A stretch of DNA of 64,000 nucleotides, taken from NCBI GenBank assembly GCA_029881675.1, contig JAOUMD010000001.1, forward strand, positions 2,930 to 66,929. The letters are read 5' to 3'. Under the pieces are notes generated by a model. That model saw only the letters and a list, made by a program, of their open reading frames with translations, searched no databases and was not told the origin of the DNA. The stretch is from Minisyncoccota bacterium (GTDB lineage Bacteria > Patescibacteriota > Microgenomatia > UBA1400 > PJMF01). How positions within the stretch are numbered: position 1 is the stretch's first letter; every line of letters starts with the position of its first letter. Shown here piece by piece: positions 26,661 through 36,248 of the stretch. A program made the translations under genes and the position numbers.

Positions 26661-27148
26661 TTAGAATTAATATCGTTATCAATTAACCCTCTAAATACCT
26701 CTGCTTTACTTGTCTCATACTGTCCCGATACCCAGTCTAAGTATTTACTCATATTTTTTGGTAAAACTAAAGATATCTTAACTAGTTTCTCTTCTATCTC
26801 ATCATTGTCATGATCTTCTTCATATAAGTTCATGTCTAATTCGAGATCACCTTCTCCTAATAATTCCTTAAGTTCTATAGAAGATAAGAAACCTTTATTT
26901 GCTAAAGATAATAATTGGTTTGCTTGATAAATATTCTTAATTACTCCATAAGCAATGAATACTCTTAAGATTATAATATATACTTTTCTGTCACTAGGTA
27001 ATCTAGATCCTTTTTGCCAACGGGATAATATACTCTCACTATAAACAAGTCCTTCATCAGCAAGTGCATCAGCAAAGCTTGCTAAGGTTTTAAAACCTGC
27101 TCTTTTTCTATACCTTTTTAATAAAGTGCCAAAAGTGATTTGTTGCAT
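26657..27148 (-). CDS. Putative HTH transcriptional regulator (paralog of 13101..13634)
   Basis: See the paralog alignment under 13101..13634. The C-terminal acidic tail differs. Confidence 0.5.
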   Translation of the reverse strand: MQQITFGTLLKRYRKRAGFKTLASFADALADEGLVYSESILSRWQKGSRLPSDRKVYIIILRVFIAYGVIKNIYQANQLLSLANKGFLSSIELKELLGEGDLELDMNLYEEDHDNDEIEEKLVKISLVLPKNMSKYLDWVSGQYETSKAEVFRGLIDNDINSN

Positions 27149-27299
27149 TTTTTTTTACAGTACCTTCATTATCTCAAAGGCTGCAATGTATAAGGCTTAT
27201 ACAATAAATTCACATTTAGTAAAGATAAATGTTCAAATATATTTAATAGTCATAGTTCTTGACTATTAGTATCTATTTATACGGTTATAATTGAAAAAG

Positions 27300-27852
27300 A
27301 TGAACAATATTAATTTTATTAAATACCACTTCAAAAACGATACAGACAAATCAAAGGTCCTAAGATGGCAACATGGATTATTAGTTAGTAAAACTCTTAA
27401 AAAATTATCTAGAAAATAATAAAGAAACACCAAAGAATATTACAAATCTTCTTAATGCTGCACTAGGGCATGATCTTATTGAAGATACCAATTGCTCAGA
27501 AGAAGAAATAATTAAGCAGTGGAATAATGAAGTCTTAATATTGATAAAAAGCCTAACAAACACTAAGGGCGATGAGAACTTTGATGATTACCTTAATAAT
27601 CTAAAACAAGCTTCTGATGAAGTAATTATCATCAAACTAGCTGATATAAAAACAAATACTCAAAGTTCAATAAAAAATTACCAAATTTTAAAAAAAGAAT
27701 GGTTTATTTCATTTTGGATTCCACTTCTCAAAGACTATTTAGAAATATTTAAAGAAACTACTTCTAATAAATATCCGTTAACAGTTAAAAATCTTATTAA
27801 AGATATTAAGGCTGATTTTAATAAAATAATAGAAATAACTGATAATAACTAA
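27300..27852 (+). pseudogene. Frameshifted or truncated HD-domain phosphohydrolase, paralog of the gene at 35169..35678
   Basis: Frame 0 reads 'MNNINFIKYHFKNDTDKSKVLRWQHGLLVSKTLKKLSRK' then stops at 27417. Frame +1 continues '...NITNLLNAALGHDLIEDTNCSEEEI...IIIKLADIKTN', which aligns to 'ALSLLYHDVLEDT...LLFKLYDKTSN' of the intact paralog. One frameshift separates the two parts. Confidence 0.45.
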
Positions 27853-27853
27853 C

Positions 27854-29725
27854 CTACTCCCACTCAGTGGTCCCGGGTGGCTTAGCAGTTAAATCATAAA
27901 CAACTCTGCTAATACCTTTTACTTCTTTAAGTATTCTAGAAACCATTGTATTTAGGTACTTCTCTGGAAAATCTACATTAGGAACTGCTGGTACTCCAGT
28001 CATAAAATCATTAGTAATAATGGTTCTAATAGCAATAGATCTATTTCCTTTTTTGGAGAAGGGTAGGGGAAGAGAAATAACAGGAACCTGACTTACCACT
28101 TTCATTAAATCATTTTCAAATAACTCCTCATTAACAATCTTATCTGCCTGACGTAATTGTTCAATTGTTTCTTTATTTAACTTTGTAGGAGTAATTTCAG
28201 TTACTGGGCCTGACTCTTTCTCTCCAAATAGATACACAACTCTATTTATTTTATGAAAAAGTTTAGGAATACTCTTTGCCATCTCAAATAATACAGGCCA
28301 ATCCATCTCACCACTAATGGCAACAACATAACTATATGTACGACCATCACCTTGAACACCAACTGATTGGATAGGAAGTAATGTTACTTGATGTTTATCT
28401 GTACAATATTTTTTCAGTCTTTTATTAATCTCTTCAAAATCATCTTCTATATATGGCTTCTTGGTACACAGAATACGAATAGCTAGACCAGGACCAGGGA
28501 ATGGATGTCTCCAAACCAAGTGTTTAGATAAACCTAGTTTTTCTCCTAACTGACGGACTTCATCTTTATGATAATCAGCTAATGGTTCAATCACTCTGCC
28601 TTGATTACGTAACTTTCTAACAAGCTCAGTATCATTATGATGAGTCTTAATTACATTGGCATTTTTGGATATGTTATCTGAAGCACTTTCAATTAGATCT
28701 GGTCTTAAAGTACCTTGAACTAGGTAGATATCTTCATCAGGTATATCTAATTCTCTTAATTCTTTTTCTGAAACTTTGATAAAGGTATCTCCAATTATTT
28801 TTCTCTTTTTCTCAGGTTCAATTGTCTCATTTAATGGGAGTGTTTCTTCTCCTTTTATCATAGTTTTGGCTGATAAAAATTCCCTAGAGACATCTACCAC
28901 TTTTAGTTTAAGACCGACTTTTCTTAAGGCTTTTTCAACTTGCTCACTCTCCTTATATCTCATAAAGCCATGATCAATATGAAGTGCAAATACTTTCTCA
29001 CTTCCTAATGCTTTTGTCACCAAAGCTGCAACTACAGTTGAGTCAACTCCACCACTAACTAAGACCAAAGCATAACCATCACCGACATGATTCTTAATTA
29101 ACTCAATGGCTTTTTCTTCACGATCTTTCATCTTATATATTGGCTTTAACTTAGCTACTTTAAATAAGAAATTAGCTAAGATATCTTTACCATTTACTGA
29201 TAGATCAACTTCTGGGTGAAACTGGACACCAAACCATGGTTTATTTTTATGTTCAATTCCGGCAATTAATTTTCCAGATTTAGCTATTACTCTAAACTCC
29301 TTACCAACCTGATCTACTGTGTCTCCGTGAGTTAACAATACAGTTTGTGTTGAGTCTAATGAATCAAAAAGTAAACTATCTGTTTCTACAGAGATATCAA
29401 AAACACCATCTTCTCTAACCGCTTTTTTTTCTACAGTGCCCCCATGGACATAATTAAGCAGTTGCATGCCATAACAAATACCAAAAATTGGGACAGAGAC
29501 TGAGAAAAGATCTGGATTATATTTTGGAGCATTCTCACCATAAACACTTTCAGGTCCACCTGAAATAATAATTGCTCCATATTGTGCTAACTCTGATGAA
29601 GGTGTTTCTAAAGGAAGGATAATTGACTCAACAGCTAGTTCACGAATTCTTCTATCGATAACTTTTGCATATTGTGCACCAGCATCTAGAATAGCTACTT
29701 GCTGTTTTTTATTAGGTTCAGTCAT
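27854..29725 (-). CDS. guaA: GMP synthase (glutamine-hydrolysing), long form
   Basis: N-terminal class-I glutamine amidotransferase ('GICYGMQLL', and the catalytic His in 'VQFHPEV') plus PP-loop 'ALVLVSGGVDSTVVAAL'. At 623 aa it is longer than the typical bacterial GuaA. Confidence 0.8.
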   Translation of the reverse strand: MTEPNKKQQVAILDAGAQYAKVIDRRIRELAVESIILPLETPSSELAQYGAIIISGGPESVYGENAPKYNPDLFSVSVPIFGICYGMQLLNYVHGGTVEKKAVREDGVFDISVETDSLLFDSLDSTQTVLLTHGDTVDQVGKEFRVIAKSGKLIAGIEHKNKPWFGVQFHPEVDLSVNGKDILANFLFKVAKLKPIYKMKDREEKAIELIKNHVGDGYALVLVSGGVDSTVVAALVTKALGSEKVFALHIDHGFMRYKESEQVEKALRKVGLKLKVVDVSREFLSAKTMIKGEETLPLNETIEPEKKRKIIGDTFIKVSEKELRELDIPDEDIYLVQGTLRPDLIESASDNISKNANVIKTHHNDTELVRKLRNQGRVIEPLADYHKDEVRQLGEKLGLSKHLVWRHPFPGPGLAIRILCTKKPYIEDDFEEINKRLKKYCTDKHQVTLLPIQSVGVQGDGRTYSYVVAISGEMDWPVLFEMAKSIPKLFHKINRVVYLFGEKESGPVTEITPTKLNKETIEQLRQADKIVNEELFENDLMKVVSQVPVISLPLPFSKKGNRSIAIRTIITNDFMTGVPAVPNVDFPEKYLNTMVSRILKEVKGISRVVYDLTAKPPGTTEWE

Positions 29726-29754
29726 ATTTATTAAATTTTAAATATATTAAATAA

Positions 29755-30360
29755 CTAATTATCAAGAATAATCTTGCCTTCTTCTGAAATAGATTCTATT
29801 GAAATAAGAGAGAAGACGGGTACTCCTGTTTCTTTTTCTATCTTTTCAACTCCACCTTGCCACTTCTTATCAAAGATTACCGCCAAACCAACAATCTCTA
29901 CACCATAATCTTGTAAGGCCTTTATTGCAGCAACAGCAGTACTACCATGAGCTACAACATCATCTACTATCAGCAATCTCATGCCAGGTTGTAAAAAGCC
30001 TATCTGACTAACAATATCATCTTGCCCTGTAGTAAAAGACTTATTACTAAACTTTACTACTGACTCCCAAGAGCTAGGTGCTATCTTAGTTCTTTTTGAA
30101 GGAAGAATTTTTCTAATTCGAAGCATATCTGCAACAATAGATACTAAGCGAGAACCTGCATCAGGTAATCCCACAATTGCATCTATTCTCGGATAATCAA
30201 CATAATGCTCAGCCCAAGATCTAGAAACAAGAGACAGTAAATCAGGATCTAAAGAAATATTAAACGGAACAGCTGTAATATAGCCCTTTTGAGCGTCTTT
30301 AACTTTTGCTATTGAAAGAAAACTATTACGAAGTATGGAGAGGGAGTCTGTGTTGTGCAT
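29755..30360 (-). CDS. Type I phosphoribosyltransferase, purine (adenine/xanthine) PRTase-like
   Basis: 'IDAIVGLPDAGSRLVSIVADML' and 'LLIVDDVVAHGSTAVAAIKALQDYGVEIVGLAVIFD' closely resemble the APRT/XPRT core. Lies 30 nt upstream of guaA on the same strand. Confidence 0.65.
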   Translation of the reverse strand: MHNTDSLSILRNSFLSIAKVKDAQKGYITAVPFNISLDPDLLSLVSRSWAEHYVDYPRIDAIVGLPDAGSRLVSIVADMLRIRKILPSKRTKIAPSSWESVVKFSNKSFTTGQDDIVSQIGFLQPGMRLLIVDDVVAHGSTAVAAIKALQDYGVEIVGLAVIFDKKWQGGVEKIEKETGVPVFSLISIESISEEGKIILDN

Positions 30361-30503
30361 AAAAGTATGCTACTTATCATAACACTAAGTAGATAATTAA
30401 TTCTTTCCTTATTTGACAATTATTAGGTGAATTAATAATTAATCCTACACCTCATAGACTCTTTAGATATTTTTTTTCATAAGTTAAGAGTGACAATCCC
30501 TAT

Positions 30504-31103
30504 ATGAAAAAAGAAATTATCATTGCTCAAGATATAGATGAATGTCTATTCAATTCTGTAAAAAAACATTATCAGGAATTAACAAAGATAGGAAAAAAAC
30601 TAGGTTGGACTAATTTGCCAACTTATGAAGAAGTTTGCTTACTGGGTGGAACACATGGTGCATATGGTAAACAGACTGGATACTGGGAAATAAATGAAGA
30701 AATGAGAAATAGCTCTGAATTTAACCAAGGATTAGAACCAATTGAAGGGTCACTTGAAGCTCTTACTCTCTTACAATCAATGCTTGGGATATATCTAACT
30801 ACTAGGCCAGAAAATTTAACTTTAATAACAGAGGAAGAACTTGATGAAGCTGGTTTTCCCAAAAGAGAAGTTGTCTGTAGACCTAAATCAATCCCATTAG
30901 AACACACTACTGAGTGGAAACTAGATGTCCTTAGGTATTTAGCACAAGAGAAGACGGCTACTATGATTGATGACTCTATGAGTTTGCATAATGCCATCTT
31001 AAAAGCAAATGATCCTAGAATAGAAACTGTTCTTTTTCAAGGTCCTATGACTCCAAAGGGTAAAGGTAAAACATGGAAAAAAATTAGAGAAGAATTAAAG
31101 TAG
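30504..31103 (+). CDS. HAD-superfamily phosphatase, NT5C-like (paralog of 14875..15516)
   Basis: See the paralog alignment under 14875..15516. Divergently paired with a PRTase, as the first copy is. Confidence 0.5.
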   Translation: MKKEIIIAQDIDECLFNSVKKHYQELTKIGKKLGWTNLPTYEEVCLLGGTHGAYGKQTGYWEINEEMRNSSEFNQGLEPIEGSLEALTLLQSMLGIYLTTRPENLTLITEEELDEAGFPKREVVCRPKSIPLEHTTEWKLDVLRYLAQEKTATMIDDSMSLHNAILKANDPRIETVLFQGPMTPKGKGKTWKKIREELK

Positions 31104-31238
31104 TAATTATTAATATCTTTTAGCATGAATAGTTATTAATTTTAAAATATTTTGACAATCATTCTTCCAAAGTATAAAATTATTTTTCAGAGCTTAGATA
31201 AAAAAGAAAATTTCTTTGTATCTAAACTCTGATTTTTT

Positions 31239-31862
31239 ATGACAAACAAAAATAATGGAATAATAATAGCAATCGTTGGACCACACTATAGTGGAAAATC
31301 TACTTTATCTCAGAAATTATTTCATGAGAGTAACTTCTCAACAGTAGAAGAAAAATGGCTTGAAGATCCATTTACACAATTTCGCAAAAAAGGTGACTAC
31401 TTAAAATCACAAATATGGTTTCTTACAGAAACTATGAAAACAATGCTTGAAGCCATTAACATGAAAAATAATGGTTCTAAAATTGTCTTAGATACTTTTG
31501 TAAATACTACCCGAGCATTTTGTAGATCTAAACTTTCTACGCAAGATTTTAAAATATTTAACATTGTTTTTGACAATATTGTCAAGGATTTTCCTTTACC
31601 TGATCTAATAATCTATCTCACAGGATCAGTAGATGCTCTTAAACAAAGAAGTATTATTAGAGCCAAATCGGGAACTGGTCCAGATAGTGATAAAAACGTT
31701 TCTCTTGAATGGATAAAAAAATCTATTGATGCAAATGAAGAAGAATTTGGAAACTGGACCAAAACACCGATAATTAAGATTGATGTTTCAAATAAAGATG
31801 TAATAAATAACAAATTAGATTACAACGAACTTTTACAAAAGGTCATTAACACCCAGAACTAA
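31239..31862 (+). CDS. P-loop nucleoside/nucleotide kinase, deoxynucleoside-kinase-like
   Basis: Walker A 'IIAIVGPHYSGKSTLSQKL' at the N-terminus. About 207 aa with dNK/dNMP-kinase-like spacing. Specificity unknown. Confidence 0.45.
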   Translation: MTNKNNGIIIAIVGPHYSGKSTLSQKLFHESNFSTVEEKWLEDPFTQFRKKGDYLKSQIWFLTETMKTMLEAINMKNNGSKIVLDTFVNTTRAFCRSKLSTQDFKIFNIVFDNIVKDFPLPDLIIYLTGSVDALKQRSIIRAKSGTGPDSDKNVSLEWIKKSIDANEEEFGNWTKTPIIKIDVSNKDVINNKLDYNELLQKVINTQN

Positions 31863-31996
31863 TTTATATCTCAATATATTCTATTTAATAAATTAATTTC
31901 TATAATATGAAATTTTTCTTCTTTATATTCTTTTCTATGTTTTTTTCTTAAAAAATTACGATAATAATTAGATTTCCTCACATAATTCTTGACTCC

Positions 31997-34312
31997 ATGG
32001 TCAAAAATAATTCATTACCAGATGAAATAATCTACAACATTAGATTATTAAATTCTATTAGAATCATTATGGTAAAAGAAATACAATCCTTTGCCCCTCA
32101 GGCAGAACAACTAAGACAAAGACGAGACAGTTGGTTAAGAATGTTTGATAAAGACTTAAGATCTAAAATGTCTGAGCGACAAGGTTTTAAATCAGAATTA
32201 CCCTTAACTGCTCATTTCTTAATTGACGGATCAGTAAAAATTCCCTTTGCAGAGTTTTCTCAACTGCCTGACTGGATGAAAAAATTCTTCCTTGACGATA
32301 GAGTTTCTCGTCCACCATCAGTCTCAGTTTTTTCAGATTACAATGATAGTTTAGAACATCCAGAAGTTTTAGCGTCAGTTCAAAATAACACTAAAGATAT
32401 AGTTCTAAGAGGGGGTCGTTTTTGGGATTTTGATGGAAGTAAAGCAAACTATGGACCAGACGGGGCAGAAGCAGTTGAACTACTCTTTGAAAACATTAAC
32501 GGAAATATGTCAATAATAAATCAATTAATTAATTTTGAACCTCAAAATGAATTTGAATGGTTGGCAAGAATTGCAGCATGGGAATATATTAGAAATGATT
32601 TTTGTGCTGTCTATTATTCTTTAAAATGTAGAATTGCGAAAGTTGATGATGCTTCTGCACATGAATTGGGTGTTATTGATCACGCACTTGAATATATTTC
32701 AAATAGATACTTTGACAGTATCCTCATGTTTCAAACAGATCCCCATAGAGGTTCTAGAGAATTAAGTGAGATAGTGAATAATGCAGAAGAAATAAAATCT
32801 ACTTTAAGTGAGTTTGTTTCTGATCCTCAATTTGAAGGGCGAGATCTACTCAGATCTCATAGAGAAGTTAACAACCCACTATCATTAATGAATGCTTTTA
32901 GATTAATTTATAAATCTGACAGTGATTCTAATGAACTTAGTTATACTGATGAAATTAAAAATAATGATGCCATTTTAGCTCCTCTTTATGGGGGAATTGA
33001 TTTGGCCTATGCTTTCAGATATGCTCTCGGTGATGGGCAAAGATATATTGAACAACTTCTAGATACTAAGCTATGTGATGATAAAAAATTTGTTAAAGTT
33101 TTACCTGTACTCTCAAAACTAGGAAGTAAGGGTGTTGTTAGATCCCAATTATCTAAGATTGATTCAGTAATTCCAAATTTAAATTCAGATGAGTCTGTTA
33201 ATGGTAGAGAGAAGGGCTGGTTGGCTAAAGAAATTCCAGATGCCAGAAGTATTCTAGTTATTGATGACTCTCTAGCGACAGGTGGATCAGCGGTAGTATT
33301 CAAAGATTGGGTCTCTGAAGCACTTGGACATGATGTTGAAATGGAACTTAGAGTAATTTATGCCAACCTAAGATGGTCAAAACACCAATGTCCAATAGAA
33401 GATTTAATGGCAGCAGATCCTATTACTCAAACTCCAATTACTAGAAGCATGAAAAAGGCTCTATATCCACTTGGTAGTAGATTTATGCCAGATGCAGTAA
33501 GCAATCATCTACAACAAAAAACAAAACGGACTTTTTCAAGTTTAACTGATGCAATGCCAGAGATAACTAAAATGCATCAGAAAAAAACTATTGAAGCTGT
33601 TGGCTTTGATCTTGATGACACACTAATACTACGTACTGTTGATGCTAAAGCAAGAAGAATCATGATTAACCATTCTATACTTAGACTTCTAAATCAGAAC
33701 GGGATTACTATAGATCCCGATCTATATGCAGAACGTAGTTATAAAATTCTTAATAGGGAGAGGGGATTATCTCAAACTAATCCCAACCATCCTATTGATA
33801 TGGATTCTTGTAATAAAGAAATTTTAATTGACCTAGGTATAACAGATAAAGCTCAATTAAAAATCTTAGCCCCACTAATGACTCTTGAAGAACTTAAAGT
33901 AGATCAAAAAATTGTGATTCCAGCTCCTGGAGCAAGAGAGATATTAGAAGAACTAATTAGCTTAGGAATAGACTTTGGAATATTTTCAAATTCTCACTAT
34001 CTTGTCCAACACATTGAACAAATTCTTATTGCTGCTGGGATTGATGATCTACTAATAGATAGAACTCTTCTAACCTCAGCTAATCCAGGTACCCCTCAAA
34101 AACCTGATGGACAAGCAATAAAAAATCTTGCTAAAGAAATGGGTACCATAGTTCAAGACCTTGCATATGTTGGTAATTCATTCCAAACAGATGTGGTTGG
34201 TTCGACAAAGAGTGGCGGAGTTTCAATATATATACCCCAACCAGTAGATGCTATAAGTAGAGCAGAAATAACTAAAATAAAAAATTGGAAAGAACAATTA
34301 GCCAATGTCTAA
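31997..34312 (+). CDS. Multidomain protein: unknown N-terminal domain (about 400 aa), then a type I PRTase domain, then a C-terminal HAD phosphatase domain
   Basis: PRTase motif 'ILVIDDSLATGGSAVVF' near aa 420. HAD motif I 'AVGFDLDDTLI', motif II 'GIFSNS', and a motif III/IV region 'K...VGNSFQTDVVG'. Confidence 0.55.
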   Translation: MVKNNSLPDEIIYNIRLLNSIRIIMVKEIQSFAPQAEQLRQRRDSWLRMFDKDLRSKMSERQGFKSELPLTAHFLIDGSVKIPFAEFSQLPDWMKKFFLDDRVSRPPSVSVFSDYNDSLEHPEVLASVQNNTKDIVLRGGRFWDFDGSKANYGPDGAEAVELLFENINGNMSIINQLINFEPQNEFEWLARIAAWEYIRNDFCAVYYSLKCRIAKVDDASAHELGVIDHALEYISNRYFDSILMFQTDPHRGSRELSEIVNNAEEIKSTLSEFVSDPQFEGRDLLRSHREVNNPLSLMNAFRLIYKSDSDSNELSYTDEIKNNDAILAPLYGGIDLAYAFRYALGDGQRYIEQLLDTKLCDDKKFVKVLPVLSKLGSKGVVRSQLSKIDSVIPNLNSDESVNGREKGWLAKEIPDARSILVIDDSLATGGSAVVFKDWVSEALGHDVEMELRVIYANLRWSKHQCPIEDLMAADPITQTPITRSMKKALYPLGSRFMPDAVSNHLQQKTKRTFSSLTDAMPEITKMHQKKTIEAVGFDLDDTLILRTVDAKARRIMINHSILRLLNQNGITIDPDLYAERSYKILNRERGLSQTNPNHPIDMDSCNKEILIDLGITDKAQLKILAPLMTLEELKVDQKIVIPAPGAREILEELISLGIDFGIFSNSHYLVQHIEQILIAAGIDDLLIDRTLLTSANPGTPQKPDGQAIKNLAKEMGTIVQDLAYVGNSFQTDVVGSTKSGGVSIYIPQPVDAISRAEITKIKNWKEQLANV

Positions 34313-35153
34313 AATACCTATTATTATCGATACTGATGTCTTTGGTGACCCAGATGACATACTAGCCATTACCTACTTACTTGCAAACCAAGACAAGATA
34401 GAAATTAAACTTATCGTAACTGCTGATGAACATAAAGGGATGAGAGCAGCTTGGTTACAAAAAATATTCTCAAAAGCAGGGCTTGATGTTCCTATAGTGG
34501 CTGGCGTTGACCTCGGTAACACCAGACTTTTTCTTTTTGATGAAATTAACACTAGCAATGTAAATTTCAATTATCTTGAAGCAATCAAAGAAGTTATAGA
34601 ATCTAATGATTCAACTACATATCTTTGTATGGCTCCTCAATCTAACTTAGCTGCCTTTATTTCTAAATATCCTCACCTTAAAAATAAAATAGTTGTAAAA
34701 GGTATGGGTGCAGTTTTAGATATAGACTTAGGCAGAATAGAACACAATGTGAAATATGACATTGAAGCATTTAAAACAGTAGCTAGTCAGATGAAACCAC
34801 AACTCTTATTAGCTGATCATACTTGGCATGACAGTATGCAATTCCACAAAGAAACTGAGATGTATAAGATGATAGATAAAAGCACTAATCCTCTTGCTCT
34901 TGCAATAATAAAAAATGCCAATGCTTTTTACGATACCCTTTATCCTCAATCAAGATTTCATGATCCAATCTTAGCTAGTATTCTTCTTGATGACTTTCTA
35001 GAATTTACTCCTGACAAACTAATTGTTGAACCAAATGGATTTACAAGAAGACCTAAAAAAGGTGAAAAGGGGTGTGAAGTTACGGTAAGTAAAAGTGTTG
35101 ATTATGATAACTTATACACTCATTTCTTTAATAGTCTAAAACAATATCTCTAG
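34305..35153 (+). CDS. Inosine-uridine-preferring nucleoside hydrolase family protein
   Basis: N-terminal 'KIPIIIDTDVFGDPDDILAITYLL' is the IU-nucleoside-hydrolase aspartate cluster (D-x-D-x-x-x-D-D). 8-nt overlap with the upstream gene. Confidence 0.75.
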   Translation: MSKIPIIIDTDVFGDPDDILAITYLLANQDKIEIKLIVTADEHKGMRAAWLQKIFSKAGLDVPIVAGVDLGNTRLFLFDEINTSNVNFNYLEAIKEVIESNDSTTYLCMAPQSNLAAFISKYPHLKNKIVVKGMGAVLDIDLGRIEHNVKYDIEAFKTVASQMKPQLLLADHTWHDSMQFHKETEMYKMIDKSTNPLALAIIKNANAFYDTLYPQSRFHDPILASILLDDFLEFTPDKLIVEPNGFTRRPKKGEKGCEVTVSKSVDYDNLYTHFFNSLKQYL

Positions 35154-35168
35154 CTACAAAATATATTT

Positions 35169-35678
35169 ATGAAAATTAACCTATCAAAACACATAGAAAC
35201 TGTAATTAAAGCTCATGTAGATCACCCCAAAGAAGAAATCAATAAATATCGTTTCTTTGATAAAAAGACACCGTATGTTGTCCATCCAATATGGTGTGCT
35301 ACTACTATATTAACAGAGCCAAAACTTGATTTTGACCTAAGACAAAAAGGAGCATTATCACTTCTATACCACGATGTTTTAGAAGATACTTTAGCTCCAT
35401 TACCAGAAGATTTGCCAAGTGAAATTAAAGAATGGATTAGAGACATGACCTTTGATGGGGGCTTTGAAGAAGAACAGGTTAAACTATTCACAAAGCCAAA
35501 AGAAGTTTTACTCTTTAAGCTTTATGATAAAACCTCAAACTTACTGGATGCCACTTGGATGGATAAAGAGTTATATAAAACATATTTTGACTTTACTCAA
35601 AAGTTATCAAAGAAAGTAACCAAACATTACGGAGAGTTAAATATTACTAAGATACTTGGTACCTTAAAATATAGATAG
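35169..35678 (+). CDS. HD-domain phosphohydrolase (YfbR-like 5'-deoxynucleotidase candidate)
   Basis: 'VHPIWCA' (the His) and 'LLYHDVLEDT' (the HD motif). 169 aa. Confidence 0.55.
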   Translation: MKINLSKHIETVIKAHVDHPKEEINKYRFFDKKTPYVVHPIWCATTILTEPKLDFDLRQKGALSLLYHDVLEDTLAPLPEDLPSEIKEWIRDMTFDGGFEEEQVKLFTKPKEVLLFKLYDKTSNLLDATWMDKELYKTYFDFTQKLSKKVTKHYGELNITKILGTLKYR

Positions 35679-35681
35679 TAT

Positions 35682-36248
35682 TTAATAATACTTATCTTCC
35701 TTAGCCATCTCTTCTACAAGTAATGATCTAATAATATCTGCCTTTGATTTGTTCATCTTTTGAGACTTCTCGTTAAGAAAGTTAACTAAGTCTGAAGAAA
35801 GCATCATATTAAACCTTTGGTCCTTTTCTTTTGAAATAAAGTTAATTGCATTGCTAATAATCTCTCTTAAGTTACTTTGGTTATAACCTAAGACAATTAA
35901 CTTATCTGATTTAATATCTTTGAGGATATGAGGTGTAGCTGAGTCTTTATGCAAGGCAATTACAAACTTATTATGTAATAGAGCCATACTTATTTCTTGA
36001 CCTATTCCTATTGAAGAATGAGTAACTTCAACAACAATCACATCTGCATCTTTCTTTTGTTTAGAGATCATTTCTTGTTCTAATAGATTTTCCTTCTCAC
36101 TCTTATTAAAATACTGATCTTTATTATTAAATCTTCTTTCAAAAAGGTTTACATAACCTAATTCCTCAAAGTAGTCACAAATTAAATTACAATCTTTTTT
36201 TAACTCACTGGTCATCTTGCTGATGGAGACAGAGAAGTAGATTTTCAT
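35682..36248 (-). CDS. DNPH1(Rcl)/nucleoside-2-deoxyribosyltransferase-like domain fused to a C-terminal ribbon-helix-helix domain (paralog A; catalytic Glu retained)
   Basis: 'MKIYFSVS' N-terminus. 'DVIVVEVTHSSIGIGQEISMALLHNKFVIAL' aligns to Rcl 'VVVAEVTQPSLGVGYELGRAVALGKPILCLF', with Glu at the nucleophile position. C-terminal 'QRFNMMLSSDLVNFLNEKSQKMNKSKADIIRSLLVEEM' is a beta-strand / helix / turn / helix RHH pattern. Confidence 0.6.
   Translation of the reverse strand: MKIYFSVSISKMTSELKKDCNLICDYFEELGYVNLFERRFNNKDQYFNKSEKENLLEQEMISKQKKDADVIVVEVTHSSIGIGQEISMALLHNKFVIALHKDSATPHILKDIKSDKLIVLGYNQSNLREIISNAINFISKEKDQRFNMMLSSDLVNFLNEKSQKMNKSKADIIRSLLVEEMAKEDKYY

Noticed and set aside
30361-30503. 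Looked for a purine riboswitch upstream of the PRTase-guaA operon.
   Set aside because: No UCGGG/CCGGC-type purine-aptamer core strings on the minus strand. Only promoter-like TTGACA-17-TAATAA elements are seen.
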